From positions 777,409 through 809,408 of the forward strand of contig CP071065.1 in the NCBI GenBank assembly GCA_017164015.1: DNA of 32,000 nucleotides, read 5' to 3'. Numbering within the stretch: the first letter of the stretch is position 1; the number at the start of each line of letters is the position of its first letter. A program made the position numbers and the translations under genes. The DNA comes from Nostoc sp. UHCC 0702 (lineage in GTDB: Bacteria > Cyanobacteriota > Cyanobacteriia > Cyanobacteriales > Nostocaceae). Shown one piece after another: positions 16,801 to 26,916 of the stretch. The notes beneath the pieces are model-generated. The model did no database searches. It saw nothing but the letters and a program-made list of their open reading frames with translations, and was not told where the DNA came from.

Positions 16801-17016
16801 CTATATAACTTGAAACATGAAAAAGGTAGACCCATCAGCTTTGGCGCAAGCTAGGATAAAAATTAAAGGATGAAATAAAAATATTCATACCTCGCTCTAG
16901 TCAGCGAGACCAGATATTTATTTATCTGATACGATACTTCATACTTTATACTTCAATTTACATACTTCAATTTACTGTTTTATATTTCCTGAACGCCAAT
17001 CGAGCGCATTCACATC

Positions 17017-17823
17017 ATGACTCGCATTATTGTGATCACCTCCGGTAAAGGAGGGGTGGGTAAAACCACAGTTTCAGCAAATCTAGGCATGGCTTTAGCC
17101 AAAAAAGGGCGGCAAATAGCCCTAGTTGATGCTGATTTTGGTCTGAGAAATTTAGATTTGCTCCTCGGACTCGAAAATCGCATCGTTTATACTGCCGTAG
17201 AAGTCCTATCTAGGGAGTGTCGTTTAGAACAAGCTTTAGTGAAAGACAAGCGACTACCAAACCTCGTACTTCTACCAGCAGCCCAAAATCGCTCTAAAGA
17301 TGCAGTCAATCCCGAACAAATGAAGTTATTGGTGAATGCACTGGCACAAAAGTATCAGTATGTAATCATCGATAGCCCCGCCGGCATTGAAAACGGATTT
17401 AAAAATGCGATCGCACCCGCCAAAGAAGCCTTAATTGTCACCACGCCAGAAATTTCTGCCGTTCGTGATGCTGACAGGGTAGTCGGGTTACTAGAAGCAC
17501 AAGGTATCAAGCGCGTGCATCTAATAATTAACCGTATTAGACCCGCAATGGTACGAGCAAATGATATGATGTCAGTGCAAGATGTTCAGGAACTTCTGGC
17601 AATACCCCTCATTGGAGTCATCCCTGACGATGAGCGTGTTATCGTCTCTACCAATCGTGGCGAACCATTGGTATTAAATGATACTCCGTCAATAGCCGCC
17701 TTAGCCTTTGATAACATTGCTCGTAGATTGGAAGGGGAAACGGTAGAATTTCTGGATCTCGACTCAAACCAAGACAACATCTTCGCTCGTCTGCGAAAAT
17801 TGTTGTGGACTAAAATAGTTTAA
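17017..17823 (+). CDS. minD: Septum site-determining ATPase MinD
   Basis: 268 aa. Deviant Walker [29 protein letters not shown], and a C-terminal amphipathic helix [10 protein letters not shown]. Confidence 0.95.
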   Translation: MTRIIVITSGKGGVGKTTVSANLGMALAKKGRQIALVDADFGLRNLDLLLGLENRIVYTAVEVLSRECRLEQALVKDKRLPNLVLLPAAQNRSKDAVNPEQMKLLVNALAQKYQYVIIDSPAGIENGFKNAIAPAKEALIVTTPEISAVRDADRVVGLLEAQGIKRVHLIINRIRPAMVRANDMMSVQDVQELLAIPLIGVIPDDERVIVSTNRGEPLVLNDTPSIAALAFDNIARRLEGETVEFLDLDSNQDNIFARLRKLLWTKIV

Positions 17824-17858
17824 CTGATTTTCCAGTCTCCGCCTCACACCTATTTGCA

Positions 17859-18215
17859 ATGATTGAACTTTTAGAAAGACTTTTTTCTCGCAGTCCTGAC
17901 GACAGTCGCGCTCAAGTGAAACGTCGCCTACAATTGGTGATAGCTCACGATCGCGCCGCCTTAGAACCTCAGATTTTAGAAAAAATGCGGCAAGAAATCT
18001 TAGAAATAGTCTGCCGCTACGTCGAAGTTGAAACCAACGGGTTAGAATTTTCTCTAGAAAGTAACCAACGCACAACAGCTTTGATTGCTAACTTACCCAT
18101 CCGTCGGGTGAAAGAAGCTTTGCCTGAAACACCTGAATTAGAAAGCAGCCAGCAATCTCCTAAAAGTAAGGAGTCAGGAGGAAGCAATACATTGGGTGGC
18201 TTTACCGACTTGTAG
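17859..18215 (+). CDS. minE: Cell division topological specificity factor MinE (with C-terminal extension)
   Basis: [11 protein letters not shown]...[16 protein letters not shown]...[11 protein letters not shown] is typical MinE and lies directly after minD. About 35 extra Ser/Glu/Pro-rich residues follow at the C-terminus. Confidence 0.9.
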   Translation: MIELLERLFSRSPDDSRAQVKRRLQLVIAHDRAALEPQILEKMRQEILEIVCRYVEVETNGLEFSLESNQRTTALIANLPIRRVKEALPETPELESSQQSPKSKESGGSNTLGGFTDL

Positions 18216-18401
18216 CAACTGCTTTATCACTTGCTATTAACATTCAAAAATTAAAGGATTCCACAGGGATTGTATTGAGAAAAACTATTGCTTTTTTTAA
18301 GCCAAATAATATAATTTTCACCTGGTAGCCGCACTTTATTCACTACTACTTAGTGTTATGTATCTTTCTTGGTATCTTAGAGGATGTTTTAAAAGTTTTG
18401 G

Positions 18402-18575
18402 GCGAATATAATTCGCTACTACACAGGCAAAGTCCACCTACCCTTCTCCTTCGGAGACGCTTACGCGAACGGGTTCTGCAAAGCAGTACGTGGACTAATG
18501 AAAAAGTAAGCATCTCAACCCGCGCAGGCGGGTTTTGTCTGTATAGCCGTGACTTCTAGTCGCCAGGGCTAGTCG
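18402..18575. repeat. GC-rich structured intergenic element (dispersed-repeat-like)
   Basis: It contains several short hairpins: gcgaata-t-aattcgc, agtccac...gtggact, and aacccgc-gcag-gcgggtt. A related gcgggaaacccgc module occurs inside MITE copy B (about 29519-29531). No full second copy is seen in the window. Confidence 0.3.
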
Positions 18576-18754
18576 TAAATTAGACTTTACCAGCAATGCG
18601 CTGGCTTCCCAAGGCGCTGCTGTCATGGGAGATTTTTTCGTGCCCCATGCCCAATGCCCCATGCATAAGTCCTAAATATTTTCAATCAGCAACGCCAAAA
18701 AAATTCCCGTTATCGCCAAAGCAGACAACGGGAGTCGATAAAACTTTCGAGAAA

Positions 18755-20074
18755 CTATCTAGAAGCAACTTGTGGCCCAGCCCAAATCTCTGTAAGTTTT
18801 TCACCGAAAGTAATAGGCTGATCTGCATCTGTTGTATTTACTGTCTTACCATCACTAGCAACTTGTACTAAGGGCCAGTTTTCTTCTCCCATCTCACCGG
18901 CACGGAACAGTACATTATTTGGTTGGTTTTTACTCCAACCTAACAACACTGCAATCTTCTCATGCTCATCTTCTTTTTGAGCGGGAGCAACAGTATTAGT
19001 TTGATTTTTTTGCCGATCCCAAATTACAGCATGGTCTGTAGCATCGCCAGTATTAAATATTCCTTCAAACTTGCGTGCTAAAAAGCGATCGCTTTTTTCT
19101 GACCAGCTAACAGGAACTAACACCCCTATTTTACCGTTGTTTTCGTCTGATTCTGACACCGAAACATTTGTCCTTAATAAAGGATCGCTGGTAGTAGTAG
19201 TGGAAGCCATTACCCGTAACTTCTTAGTTTGTTTATCTTCAACAAATAGAACACTGGTAACTTTGCTGTTATACATCTGGGGTTTTACTTCCATTTGTAC
19301 TCTGCTATAAACCACATATCTGCCATCAGGAGACAACACAGGCACACTCCGGTAATAGCGCACTCCAGAACCTTTGGCACCTACTGTTTCTTGAGTTGCT
19401 AAAATCCATTTCCAAGGTATAGGATGAGGACTGCCGATAGGGTCTGCTTGTGCTGTTTGAGCCTCATCAGGTTGTTCAGCAGGTATTTCTGTTGTGGAGT
19501 CTGGTTGTGATTCTGTAATAATTGGTAGAACTGGCGCAATTTGAGTTGCTGTCAATGTTTTAACAACAGCCATCTTCCTCGCCAAAAAATTATGTTCTCC
19601 TGTCAAAGATTTGATATTATCAGCTTTGTCTTTTGCATCTTTATTAGATTTATCAACAAACTCCTCTGGTATTGGTGCGAGTTCCACCGCTGCCAGCGAT
19701 TTATTAGCAGATAAATCGCTACCTGATAGAGAATAATCTTTAGCTAACAAAGACTGATTTTTGTCCTCTTGTGATGTTGTCTGTTGCCTAACAGCATCCA
19801 TCGGCGATATTAAATCAGATTCTTCAGTACTGGAGTTGGCTTTTGATGGATTTAACCCTTCAGCTAAATCTGATTCACTAACATCAGCTACTTCTTGTGA
19901 AATAGAGTCAGAGTTTCCAGTTTCAGAAGCAACTTTTGGTACTGTTTTTGATTGTTTCGCTGAGGAAGAGTGACCCGATGCTACAACTAAAGGAGCAATC
20001 AACATCACTACAACAACATAATTGAGGAATGGTTGAGCGCGGAACCATCCTGACAGCAAGAGGGATTTAAGCAT
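18755..20074 (-). CDS. Hypothetical secreted or membrane-anchored protein (N-terminal signal/anchor, acidic Ser-rich linker, C-terminal globular domain)
   Basis: 439-aa ORF. N-terminus FLNYVVVVMLIAPLVVASG, then about 200 aa of low-complexity S/E/D/Q sequence. The C-terminal part (..LSPDGRYVVYSRV..) resembles beta-propeller or TolB-like repeats. No confident family. Confidence 0.6.
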   Translation of the reverse strand: MLKSLLLSGWFRAQPFLNYVVVVMLIAPLVVASGHSSSAKQSKTVPKVASETGNSDSISQEVADVSESDLAEGLNPSKANSSTEESDLISPMDAVRQQTTSQEDKNQSLLAKDYSLSGSDLSANKSLAAVELAPIPEEFVDKSNKDAKDKADNIKSLTGEHNFLARKMAVVKTLTATQIAPVLPIITESQPDSTTEIPAEQPDEAQTAQADPIGSPHPIPWKWILATQETVGAKGSGVRYYRSVPVLSPDGRYVVYSRVQMEVKPQMYNSKVTSVLFVEDKQTKKLRVMASTTTTSDPLLRTNVSVSESDENNGKIGVLVPVSWSEKSDRFLARKFEGIFNTGDATDHAVIWDRQKNQTNTVAPAQKEDEHEKIAVLLGWSKNQPNNVLFRAGEMGEENWPLVQVASDGKTVNTTDADQPITFGEKLTEIWAGPQVASR

Positions 20075-20789
20075 GTGTGGACTCTCTAGAGGCGTGGTTG
20101 CTGTGTGAGGAGCAATGATGATGTAGTTAAAAAGCAGGAATTGATTACATGTATAACAACAAACTCACAGATTTAACGAGTTTGTGGAAATAATTTCCTT
20201 AAAGTTTGCAGTTTTTTACAAACGTTCAATCAATATCATTATTAACACCCTTTACTAGCAAATTACTGGTTTTTACGGGATATTGCCAGCACAAAAATAA
20301 CGCAGTTTAACTAAGTAATTACTGCATAAAATCAATAGACTTTTGCCACCTCTAATATCTCAACAACACCAGAAAACTGGCATTAGTTTCAAGAGGATTA
20401 AGCGTATCATGTAAGCTACAGATACTGGCGGCACTAAGGTAGAGCAGAACGGCTGAGCTGTTGAGAGTAGCCTTAGCAATAGCTAAGTCGCAGTAGGCTC
20501 CCCTAATTATCCTGCTACAACAGCACAGACCCCGATAACAGTGGAAGTGAGGCGTTACTTTAAAAGCTGGGAAAGATGACGCACAACATATAATACTCGA
20601 AAATCACTATTATCAACCACCCTCAGCTATAAATTTAATCAGCATGGGAAAATGCAATCATAGACTGAGTTATCATTTGTCAGTCACTAGCTAGGAACGT
20701 ACCATTAACTAATGACAAATGATTATAGGACTTACGCAACTGGCACACTAAATAAAGGTCAGGGTTGTCAAAAGGAGCCACTGCGGTGA

Positions 20790-21095
20790 AGTAGCCCCCG
20801 TCTTGGCTTGGAGCCAGATGGGGGACTACTGAACCCGGTCTTTCTTGGGGTTTCCCCCTCCGGGTGAGGCAGTGACGCTCCTGCGTCGCTAACGCTGCGC
20901 TAACGCAATCGGCAAAAGCCGCTCCTGTCTGCCTCACCAAGTGGAGCAAGTGGCGTTCCAGAGTCAATAGTCCAAAAAAGCTAAATTTTTGACTATTGGC
21001 TATTGACCCCTTCGGGGTGACGCTCGTTCCTCGCTACCGCTTCGCTAATGCCAGTCGCTCATGGGGGAAACCCCCTCTTGGCCGCGCTGGCTCAC
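20790..21095. repeat. Cluster of GC-rich dispersed repeats upstream of fmt (includes copy 2 of the 2357-2445 family at 21005-21095, inverted)
   Basis: The reverse complement of 21005-21095 reads gtgagccagcgcggccaagagggggtttcccccatgagc...gagcgtcaccccgaagggg, matching 2357-2445. The stretch at about 20850-20940 carries ggggtttccccc plus gtgacgctc..gctaacgctgcg modules inside a ggtgaggcag/ctgcctcacc hairpin. Confidence 0.7.
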
Positions 21096-21168
21096 TATTG
21101 ACTGCCTCAACTAAAAAATTATGACAATGCGCGTAAGTCCTGGATTAATGACCAATGACTAAAAACTA

Positions 21169-22173
21169 ATGAAAATCATCTTCTTTGGTACTCCTCAATT
21201 TGCTGTTCCCACCTTAGAAAAGTTGCTGAATCATCCAGAGTTGGAAGTTTTGGGAGTTGTTACCCAGCCAGATAAACGTCGGGAACGGGGAAATAAACTA
21301 ACCCCTTCACCAGTCAAAACCGTTGCGATCGCTCATAATTTACCAGTATGGCAACCCCAGCGGGTAAAAAAACACACTAAAACTTTAAACCAACTCCAAC
21401 AATTAGACGCAGATGTGTTTGTGGTTGTTGCTTACGGACAGATTTTATCGCCACAAATTCTAAATATGCCGAAATTGGGCTGTATTAACGTGCATGGTTC
21501 AATTTTACCTAAATATCGTGGTGCAGCTCCTATTCAGTGGTCTGTGTATAACGGTGAAAAAGAAACAGGCATCACCACAATGTTAATGGATGCTGGTATG
21601 GATACCGGCGCAATGCTACTGAAAGCAACTACACCCATTGGATTGCTGGATAATGCTGAAGAGTTAGCCCAGAGGTTATCTACAATTGGTGGAGATTTAT
21701 TACTAGAAACCCTTTTTAAGCTGGAACGTCAGGAAATTGAACCTGTTCCACAAAATGATTCCCAAGCGACTTATGCACCTTTGATTCAAAAGCAAGATTA
21801 TCATTTAGATTGGTCAAAAAGTGCTATCCAACTACATAATCAAATTAGAGCTTTTTACCCCAACTGTATCGCTAGCTTTCGCACCCAACCATTGAAAATC
21901 ACAGCTACCATTCCCCTTGGTTATGCTGACGATCGCGAGCTACCAATAGAATTAGAGAAAATACAAAAGAAATTGCCGCCTTTAACAAATATATCAGGTA
22001 GCCCAGGAGAAGTAGTAAGCATCGCCAAGGGAATAGGAGCGATCGTCCAAACCGGTGAAGGTTTGTTACTATTACAAAAAGTTCAACCAGCCGGCAAACG
22101 TCCCCAATCGGGGTGGGATTTTGTTAATGGTACTCGCCTAACTGTCGGGGAAGTGTTTGGTCTTGGTATTTAG
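21169..22173 (+). CDS. fmt: Methionyl-tRNA formyltransferase
   Basis: 334 aa. [39 protein letters not shown] (formyltransferase motif), and a C-terminal Fmt domain. Confidence 0.92.
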   Translation: MKIIFFGTPQFAVPTLEKLLNHPELEVLGVVTQPDKRRERGNKLTPSPVKTVAIAHNLPVWQPQRVKKHTKTLNQLQQLDADVFVVVAYGQILSPQILNMPKLGCINVHGSILPKYRGAAPIQWSVYNGEKETGITTMLMDAGMDTGAMLLKATTPIGLLDNAEELAQRLSTIGGDLLLETLFKLERQEIEPVPQNDSQATYAPLIQKQDYHLDWSKSAIQLHNQIRAFYPNCIASFRTQPLKITATIPLGYADDRELPIELEKIQKKLPPLTNISGSPGEVVSIAKGIGAIVQTGEGLLLLQKVQPAGKRPQSGWDFVNGTRLTVGEVFGLGI

Positions 22174-22178
22174 TAAAA

Positions 22179-22341
22179 GGGGAGCAGGGGAGGTGGGGGA
22201 GATGAGGGAGCAGGGGAGCAGGGGAGCAGGGGAGATGAGGGAGAAATAACTAATGACAACTGAGAACTGACAACTGACAACTGACAACTGACAACTAACA
22301 ACTGACAACTAACTCCTAACTCCTAACTCCTAACTCCTAAC
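22179..22341. repeat. Composite simple-repeat block: (GGGGAGNN) octamers, gagaaataac linker, (CAACTGA)n, then (AACTCCT)n
   Basis: The block fills the whole fmt/22323-ORF convergent spacer. G-rich octamers span 22179-22243, CAACTGA-type heptamers 22254-22310 and AACTCCT heptamers 22310-22341. The last tract overlaps the 3' end of the minus-strand CDS. Confidence 0.9.
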
Positions 22342-22688
22342 TTTTGGTAAAAGCGACAAGATTCACAAGGCCCCTCTGGGTTGACTGCACAGCGAATAAT
22401 TTCTGAATGAGCATTATAACAACAGGTAGCATCACCAATTACCCAACGTCCCTCTACTAAAGTTTTTTCTGCTGGTCTTTTAGCAGACTGGACGTAAATG
22501 GCTATAGTATTCAAGCGGTAACGCCCTGATTTTAATTGATATCTGTGGCGGCGTTCTAGAACCGCGTAGGTTTTACCTTCAAAATCCAAATAGTTTCCAG
22601 GTTGAGGAGTCCAATCAAGTTGGACTTTGCCGAGGGTCTGACGCGGATGCGTCAGAATCACCTCGGTTGGTAAAGAGTCTGGCTCCAT
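22323..22688 (-). CDS. Conserved-looking hypothetical protein with Cys-rich C-terminus
   Basis: 121-aa ORF. Cys pattern ..GDATCCYNAHSEIIRCAVNPEGPCESCRFYQ. It may belong to a cyanobacteria-restricted DUF, but I am not certain which. The last codons (LGVRS) and the stop are encoded by AACTCCT heptamers. Confidence 0.6.
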   Translation of the reverse strand: MEPDSLPTEVILTHPRQTLGKVQLDWTPQPGNYLDFEGKTYAVLERRHRYQLKSGRYRLNTIAIYVQSAKRPAEKTLVEGRWVIGDATCCYNAHSEIIRCAVNPEGPCESCRFYQKLGVRS

Positions 22689-23141
22689 AAGCTCATGTGA
22701 TGTGAATTACATTATAAAAATGGTATCGCAGTAGCCTACTCTAGCTTACTCAATTAAGAATATAATTAATGGCTCACTATATTTGGGAATTGATGACTGT
22801 TGACAGTCATCAGTCAACAGTTATCATTTCCTAGAGTTACCAAATAGCAATTAATAAATGAAATCTAAAATAAATATAAATATCTACCCTACCCTTCCAA
22901 TTTTGTGTATTGAAATTACAAAAGCTAGGAAATAATTAAATTTTGAGACACGAAGTACATCCGTTAAAGATACGCATAGACCTAGAAAGACCTTTGGTGT
23001 AAACTTTAGCAGCGAAGGCAACAATTGTTTTGAATGCTTAACAAAGTCATAGCAATTTTACAAACACAGTATAAAGAATTGGCAACATTGGGTAAAGACA
23101 GTAAACAATAGCCATAGCTAGACAAGGAGTTTTGCCAACCT

Positions 23142-25706
23142 ATGCAGCCTATTCGCACATTCAACGTTTCCCCCTCACTACCGCCGCGACTCGAACCGCT
23201 GCGGCGGCTGGCATATAACTTGCACTGGGATTGGAACGTTGAGACTAAAGATTTATTTCGTCGCCTAGACCCGGACTTATGGGAATCTAGCCATCATAAT
23301 CCCGTTTTGATGCTGGGTACTATCTCTCAAGTACGACTTTTAGAAGTTGTCGAGGACGAGGGTTTTCTCGCCCAATTGGATCGAGCTAATCGCCAATTAG
23401 AAGATTATTTGCAGGAACGCACTTGGTATCAAAAACAACGCAGTCAGAAGCCAAAAGAATGCTATGCCTATTTTTCGGCTGAATTTGGGCTAGTAGATTG
23501 TTTACCTGTGTATTCTGGCGGTTTAGGAGTTCTGGCGGGTGATCACCTGAAATCTGCCAGCGATTTAGGGCTACCGCTTGTGGGTGTGGGCTTACTGTAT
23601 CAACAAGGATACTTTGCTCAATACCTCAACGCCGACGGTTGGCAGCAGGAACGCTACCCAATCAACGATTTCTATAACATGACCTTGCACCCAGAACGCA
23701 ATGCCGATGGCTCAGAACTACGGATTGCGGTAGATTATCCAGGGCGCAAGGTGTATGCGAGAGTATGGCGCGTACAAGTGGGAACTGTGCCCCTGTACAT
23801 GTTAGACACGAACATTGAACCCAATAACCCCTACGACCACGACATCACCGATCAGTTGTACGGTGGTGATATTGACATGCGTATCCACCAGGAAATAATG
23901 CTGGGTATCGGTGGTGTACAGATGTTGAAAGCGCTGGGATATAATGTCACCGCTTACCACATGAATGAAGGCCATGCGGGATTCTCAGCCTTAGAACGCA
24001 TCCGCATCCTGATTCAGGAAGAGGGATTAAATTATGCCCAAGCCAAACAAGTTGTGGCTTCCAGCAACATCTTTACTACCCATACACCAGTCCCGGCAGG
24101 AATTGACTTGTTCTCACCGGACAAAATTCTCTATTACCTGGGGTACTATGCAGAAATCTTTGGCTTACCCAAAGAGCAATTTTTAGGTCTGGGGCGTGAG
24201 AATACAGGTGATTTATCTGCGCCTTTCAGTATGGCGGTGTTGGCGTTGAAGATGGCAACATTTTCTAACGGTGTGGCGCAGTTGCATGGTGTAGTCTCGC
24301 GGCAAATGTTTCAGGGTTTGTGGAAGAAAGTGCCAGTAGAGGAAGTACCGATCGCAGCAATTACTAACGGTGTCCATGCCCGTAGTTGTGTTGCTAAATC
24401 AACTCAGGAGTTGTACGATCGCTATCTGGGCCCAAATTGGTCATCAGCACCACCCGATAGCCAATTGTGGGAACGGATGGATGCAATTCCCGATGAGGAG
24501 TTGTGGCGCAATCACCAACGCTGCCGCTTAGACATGATTTTGTATGTGCGGGATCATTTAGTCAAGCACTTGCGCGATCGCGGGGCTTCCGCCTCAGAAA
24601 TTGCCCAAGCCCAAGAAGTTTTAGATCCCAACGTTTTAACCATTGGCTTTGCCCGTCGCTTTGCCACCTACAAACGCGCTACCCTGTGGATGCGTGATAT
24701 TGAACGAATCAAACGGATTTTACTCGCTAACAAAGACCGAAAAGTACAATTCGTGATTGCTGGGAAAGCACATCCTAAAGATATTCCTGGTAAAGAACTG
24801 ATCCGCGATATCAATCACTTTATCCGTGAACAACATTTAGAAAAACAAGTGGTGTTTGTTCCTAATTACGACATCCACATATCTCGGTTGATGGTGGCGG
24901 GTTGCGATATCTGGTTAAATACACCACGTCGTCCGCGAGAAGCCTCCGGTACTAGTGGGATGAAAGCCGCAATGAATGGATTGCCGAATTTAAGTGTCCT
25001 CGATGGCTGGTGGGATGAAGCTGATTACGTCCGCACAGGTTGGGCCATTGGACATGGGGAGAATTACGACGATCCTAATTACCAAGATGAAATAGAAGCT
25101 AATGCTCTCTACGAATTGTTAGAAAAAGAAGTAGTACCACTATTTTACGACCACCGCGATGTTGATGGCTTGCCCCGTCCGTGGGTTGCCAAAATGAAAG
25201 ATGCAATTCGCTTGAATTGTCCATTTTTTAATACAGCGCGGATGGTGGGAGAATATGCACTCAGAGCTTACTTCCCAGCTAGCGATCGCTATCATATCCT
25301 CACTGCTGATAACTTCGCCCCAGCCAAAGAATTAGCCCAGTGGAAAGAAAAACTCAGCGACAACTGGTTTAACATCAAAATCAAAGATATTGATGTATCC
25401 TCAGCTGCGGATATTGAAGTTAACCAAACCGTTGCTGTCAAAGCCAAAATTGACTTGTCAACTTTAACCAATGATGATGTACAGGTAGAACTCTACCAAG
25501 GTGCGATCGATGCCAATGGTGAAATCGTCAACGCTATACCAGTAGTGATGGATTTCCAAGGACAGGATACTCAAAAATTGAGTGTTTACACGGGTGACAT
25601 CACTTATACTACCTCTGGTTTGCAAGGCTTGTCTTTGCGGGTGTTGCCAAAACATCAATATTTATCTAGTCCCTATGAACCAAGGTTGATTGCTTGGGCG
25701 GAGTAA
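23142..25706 (+). CDS. glgP: Alpha-glucan phosphorylase family protein (GT35, DUF3417 N-terminal type)
   Basis: 854 aa. N-terminus LRRLAYNLHWDWN..LFRRLDP is DUF3417-like. Also SAEFGL..LPVYSGGLGVLAGDHLKSASDLG, and EASGTSGMKAAMNG containing the PLP lysine region. Confidence 0.9.
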   Translation: MQPIRTFNVSPSLPPRLEPLRRLAYNLHWDWNVETKDLFRRLDPDLWESSHHNPVLMLGTISQVRLLEVVEDEGFLAQLDRANRQLEDYLQERTWYQKQRSQKPKECYAYFSAEFGLVDCLPVYSGGLGVLAGDHLKSASDLGLPLVGVGLLYQQGYFAQYLNADGWQQERYPINDFYNMTLHPERNADGSELRIAVDYPGRKVYARVWRVQVGTVPLYMLDTNIEPNNPYDHDITDQLYGGDIDMRIHQEIMLGIGGVQMLKALGYNVTAYHMNEGHAGFSALERIRILIQEEGLNYAQAKQVVASSNIFTTHTPVPAGIDLFSPDKILYYLGYYAEIFGLPKEQFLGLGRENTGDLSAPFSMAVLALKMATFSNGVAQLHGVVSRQMFQGLWKKVPVEEVPIAAITNGVHARSCVAKSTQELYDRYLGPNWSSAPPDSQLWERMDAIPDEELWRNHQRCRLDMILYVRDHLVKHLRDRGASASEIAQAQEVLDPNVLTIGFARRFATYKRATLWMRDIERIKRILLANKDRKVQFVIAGKAHPKDIPGKELIRDINHFIREQHLEKQVVFVPNYDIHISRLMVAGCDIWLNTPRRPREASGTSGMKAAMNGLPNLSVLDGWWDEADYVRTGWAIGHGENYDDPNYQDEIEANALYELLEKEVVPLFYDHRDVDGLPRPWVAKMKDAIRLNCPFFNTARMVGEYALRAYFPASDRYHILTADNFAPAKELAQWKEKLSDNWFNIKIKDIDVSSAADIEVNQTVAVKAKIDLSTLTNDDVQVELYQGAIDANGEIVNAIPVVMDFQGQDTQKLSVYTGDITYTTSGLQGLSLRVLPKHQYLSSPYEPRLIAWAE

Positions 25707-25721
25707 AAGTTAGGAGTTAAT

Positions 25722-25767
25722 AGTGAGGAGTTAGGAGTTAATAATTAAAAACTCATAACTCCTCACT
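25722..25767. terminator. 12-bp perfect hairpin between convergent glgP and the DUF429 gene
   Basis: agtgaggagtta (25722-25733) pairs with taactcctcact (25756-25767) across a 22-nt AT-rich loop. The right arm lies within the last codons (NSEEL) of the minus-strand gene. Confidence 0.35.
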
Positions 25768-26493
25768 GTTAACTTTCTTGGGGATGACAATGTAACCTGT
25801 AGTGCGATCGCCTATTACTAGGTTACGTTGTTCGCCCCAATACCACCAGTGTGCTGCAATATAAGCGCAGATCAAACTATCTAGTTTATCTTCGGTTGCT
25901 TTGAGGGCTGCGCCAGTGGTAGGAATTTCTAGAACAAAGGAATCGCTCAAGTGCAGTGGGGGCGAGAGATTAGGTAGGATATCAAGAATATATTGATACA
26001 ATTTAATTAATTCTAAGCGACGCTCACTGATGCGTCCTTTTTTATATTTGAGGATGCGTTCTAAACCAAATAGATGCACGATTGCTGGATGGGGAAAAAC
26101 TTCGATTTGATATCTGCTGAGTTTTTGTGGTTCGATGGTGGGTGCGTGTGCAAAGCCACGCAGTTCTAATGCTAAGCCAAAGTTGACGGTGCGTTCTGCA
26201 AAGGGTAAGTTCATGTTAGCTGGGTAGCAACCAGCGTGATATTTACCAAAGTGTTTGTGGCTGAGTTTGTCGGGTAGGCGGCTACCTGTGGTGTTGGGGA
26301 TGAGGGTGGGTGCGTCTACGGCAATAATTGCTGGTTCGTTTTGTTGTACGCTTTCATCTATCCAACTGAGGATGTCTGCAATGGCTTCTTTGCGGTCTAA
26401 ATCCAATAGTTGCAGTTGTTGATTTGTCCATTTTAAGCAGCATAAGCCGCTTGGTTGGGATTTCCAGCCTAAATCAATGCCAATAAATTTCAT
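25753..26493 (-). CDS. DUF429-type protein (predicted RNase H-fold nuclease)
   Basis: 246 aa. The N-terminal MKFIGIDLGWKS...GLC and ..IIAVDAPT.. match my recollection of DUF429 and an RNase H-like first strand with Asp. Confidence 0.6.
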   Translation of the reverse strand: MKFIGIDLGWKSQPSGLCCLKWTNQQLQLLDLDRKEAIADILSWIDESVQQNEPAIIAVDAPTLIPNTTGSRLPDKLSHKHFGKYHAGCYPANMNLPFAERTVNFGLALELRGFAHAPTIEPQKLSRYQIEVFPHPAIVHLFGLERILKYKKGRISERRLELIKLYQYILDILPNLSPPLHLSDSFVLEIPTTGAALKATEDKLDSLICAYIAAHWWYWGEQRNLVIGDRTTGYIVIPKKVNSEEL

Positions 26494-26547
26494 GAAGATG
26501 CAAAGCGAATTATTAAAATACGTATGACGGAATAAAGCATTTGGCTA

Positions 26548-26916
26548 TTAACGTCTAATTGGTAAAATACGCACTCTAGATAGAGCTTGGTCAACTGTCA
26601 CCAAAGCGCCTGACTCTAGTAAGGTTTCAAACTGGTTTAGGGCTGAAATGACTAAATTTTCGATACTGTTGGGCAAAACGTCTTGGGTGCGAACCTGAAT
26701 GACACTTGGACTATCAGCACCCGTTGCAGCTAGCAAGGAACCAAAGTCTAAATCATGTGTAAAGACAATATACTCATTACTTCTTGCCCACTCCATAATT
26801 ACCGAATCTTTCTCACGAGGATCGCCAACAGTAGACCAATGGACAGCAGAGATATTGTACCTTTCAAAAACCGCAACCCAATCAGGGGAAAGATTCATAT
26901 CAATCAAAATTTTCAT
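26548..26916 (-). CDS. PIN-like toxin, DUF5615 (Mut7-C-like) family
   Basis: 122 aa. MKILIDMNLSPDW...IVFTHDLDFGSLLA is typical of DUF5615. It overlaps the upstream DUF433 gene by 4 nt. Confidence 0.75.
   Translation of the reverse strand: MKILIDMNLSPDWVAVFERYNISAVHWSTVGDPREKDSVIMEWARSNEYIVFTHDLDFGSLLAATGADSPSVIQVRTQDVLPNSIENLVISALNQFETLLESGALVTVDQALSRVRILPIRR

Noticed and set aside
18353-18871. ORFs 18353-18559(+) and 18596-18871(+)
   Set aside because: The first covers a GC-rich hairpin-laden repeat-like element. The second overlaps the 3' end of the convergent 439-aa gene and a short ATGCCCC-type repeat. Neither has recognisable motifs.
20380-20640. Possible structured ncRNA in the long gap upstream of the 18755-20074 gene (local hairpin cttagc-aata-gctaag with agcc/ggct extension)
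   Set aside because: I compared it by eye with hallmarks of RNase P RNA (GAGGAAAGTCC), tmRNA, SRP RNA and group II intron domain V, and none fit. There is no clear promoter/terminator pair. I leave it unannotated. A covariance-model scan (Rfam) or RNA-seq would settle it.
20680-20967. 95-aa minus-strand ORF
   Set aside because: It runs through GC-rich dispersed repeats (hairpin modules). No family was recognised, and the composition is atypical for local genes.
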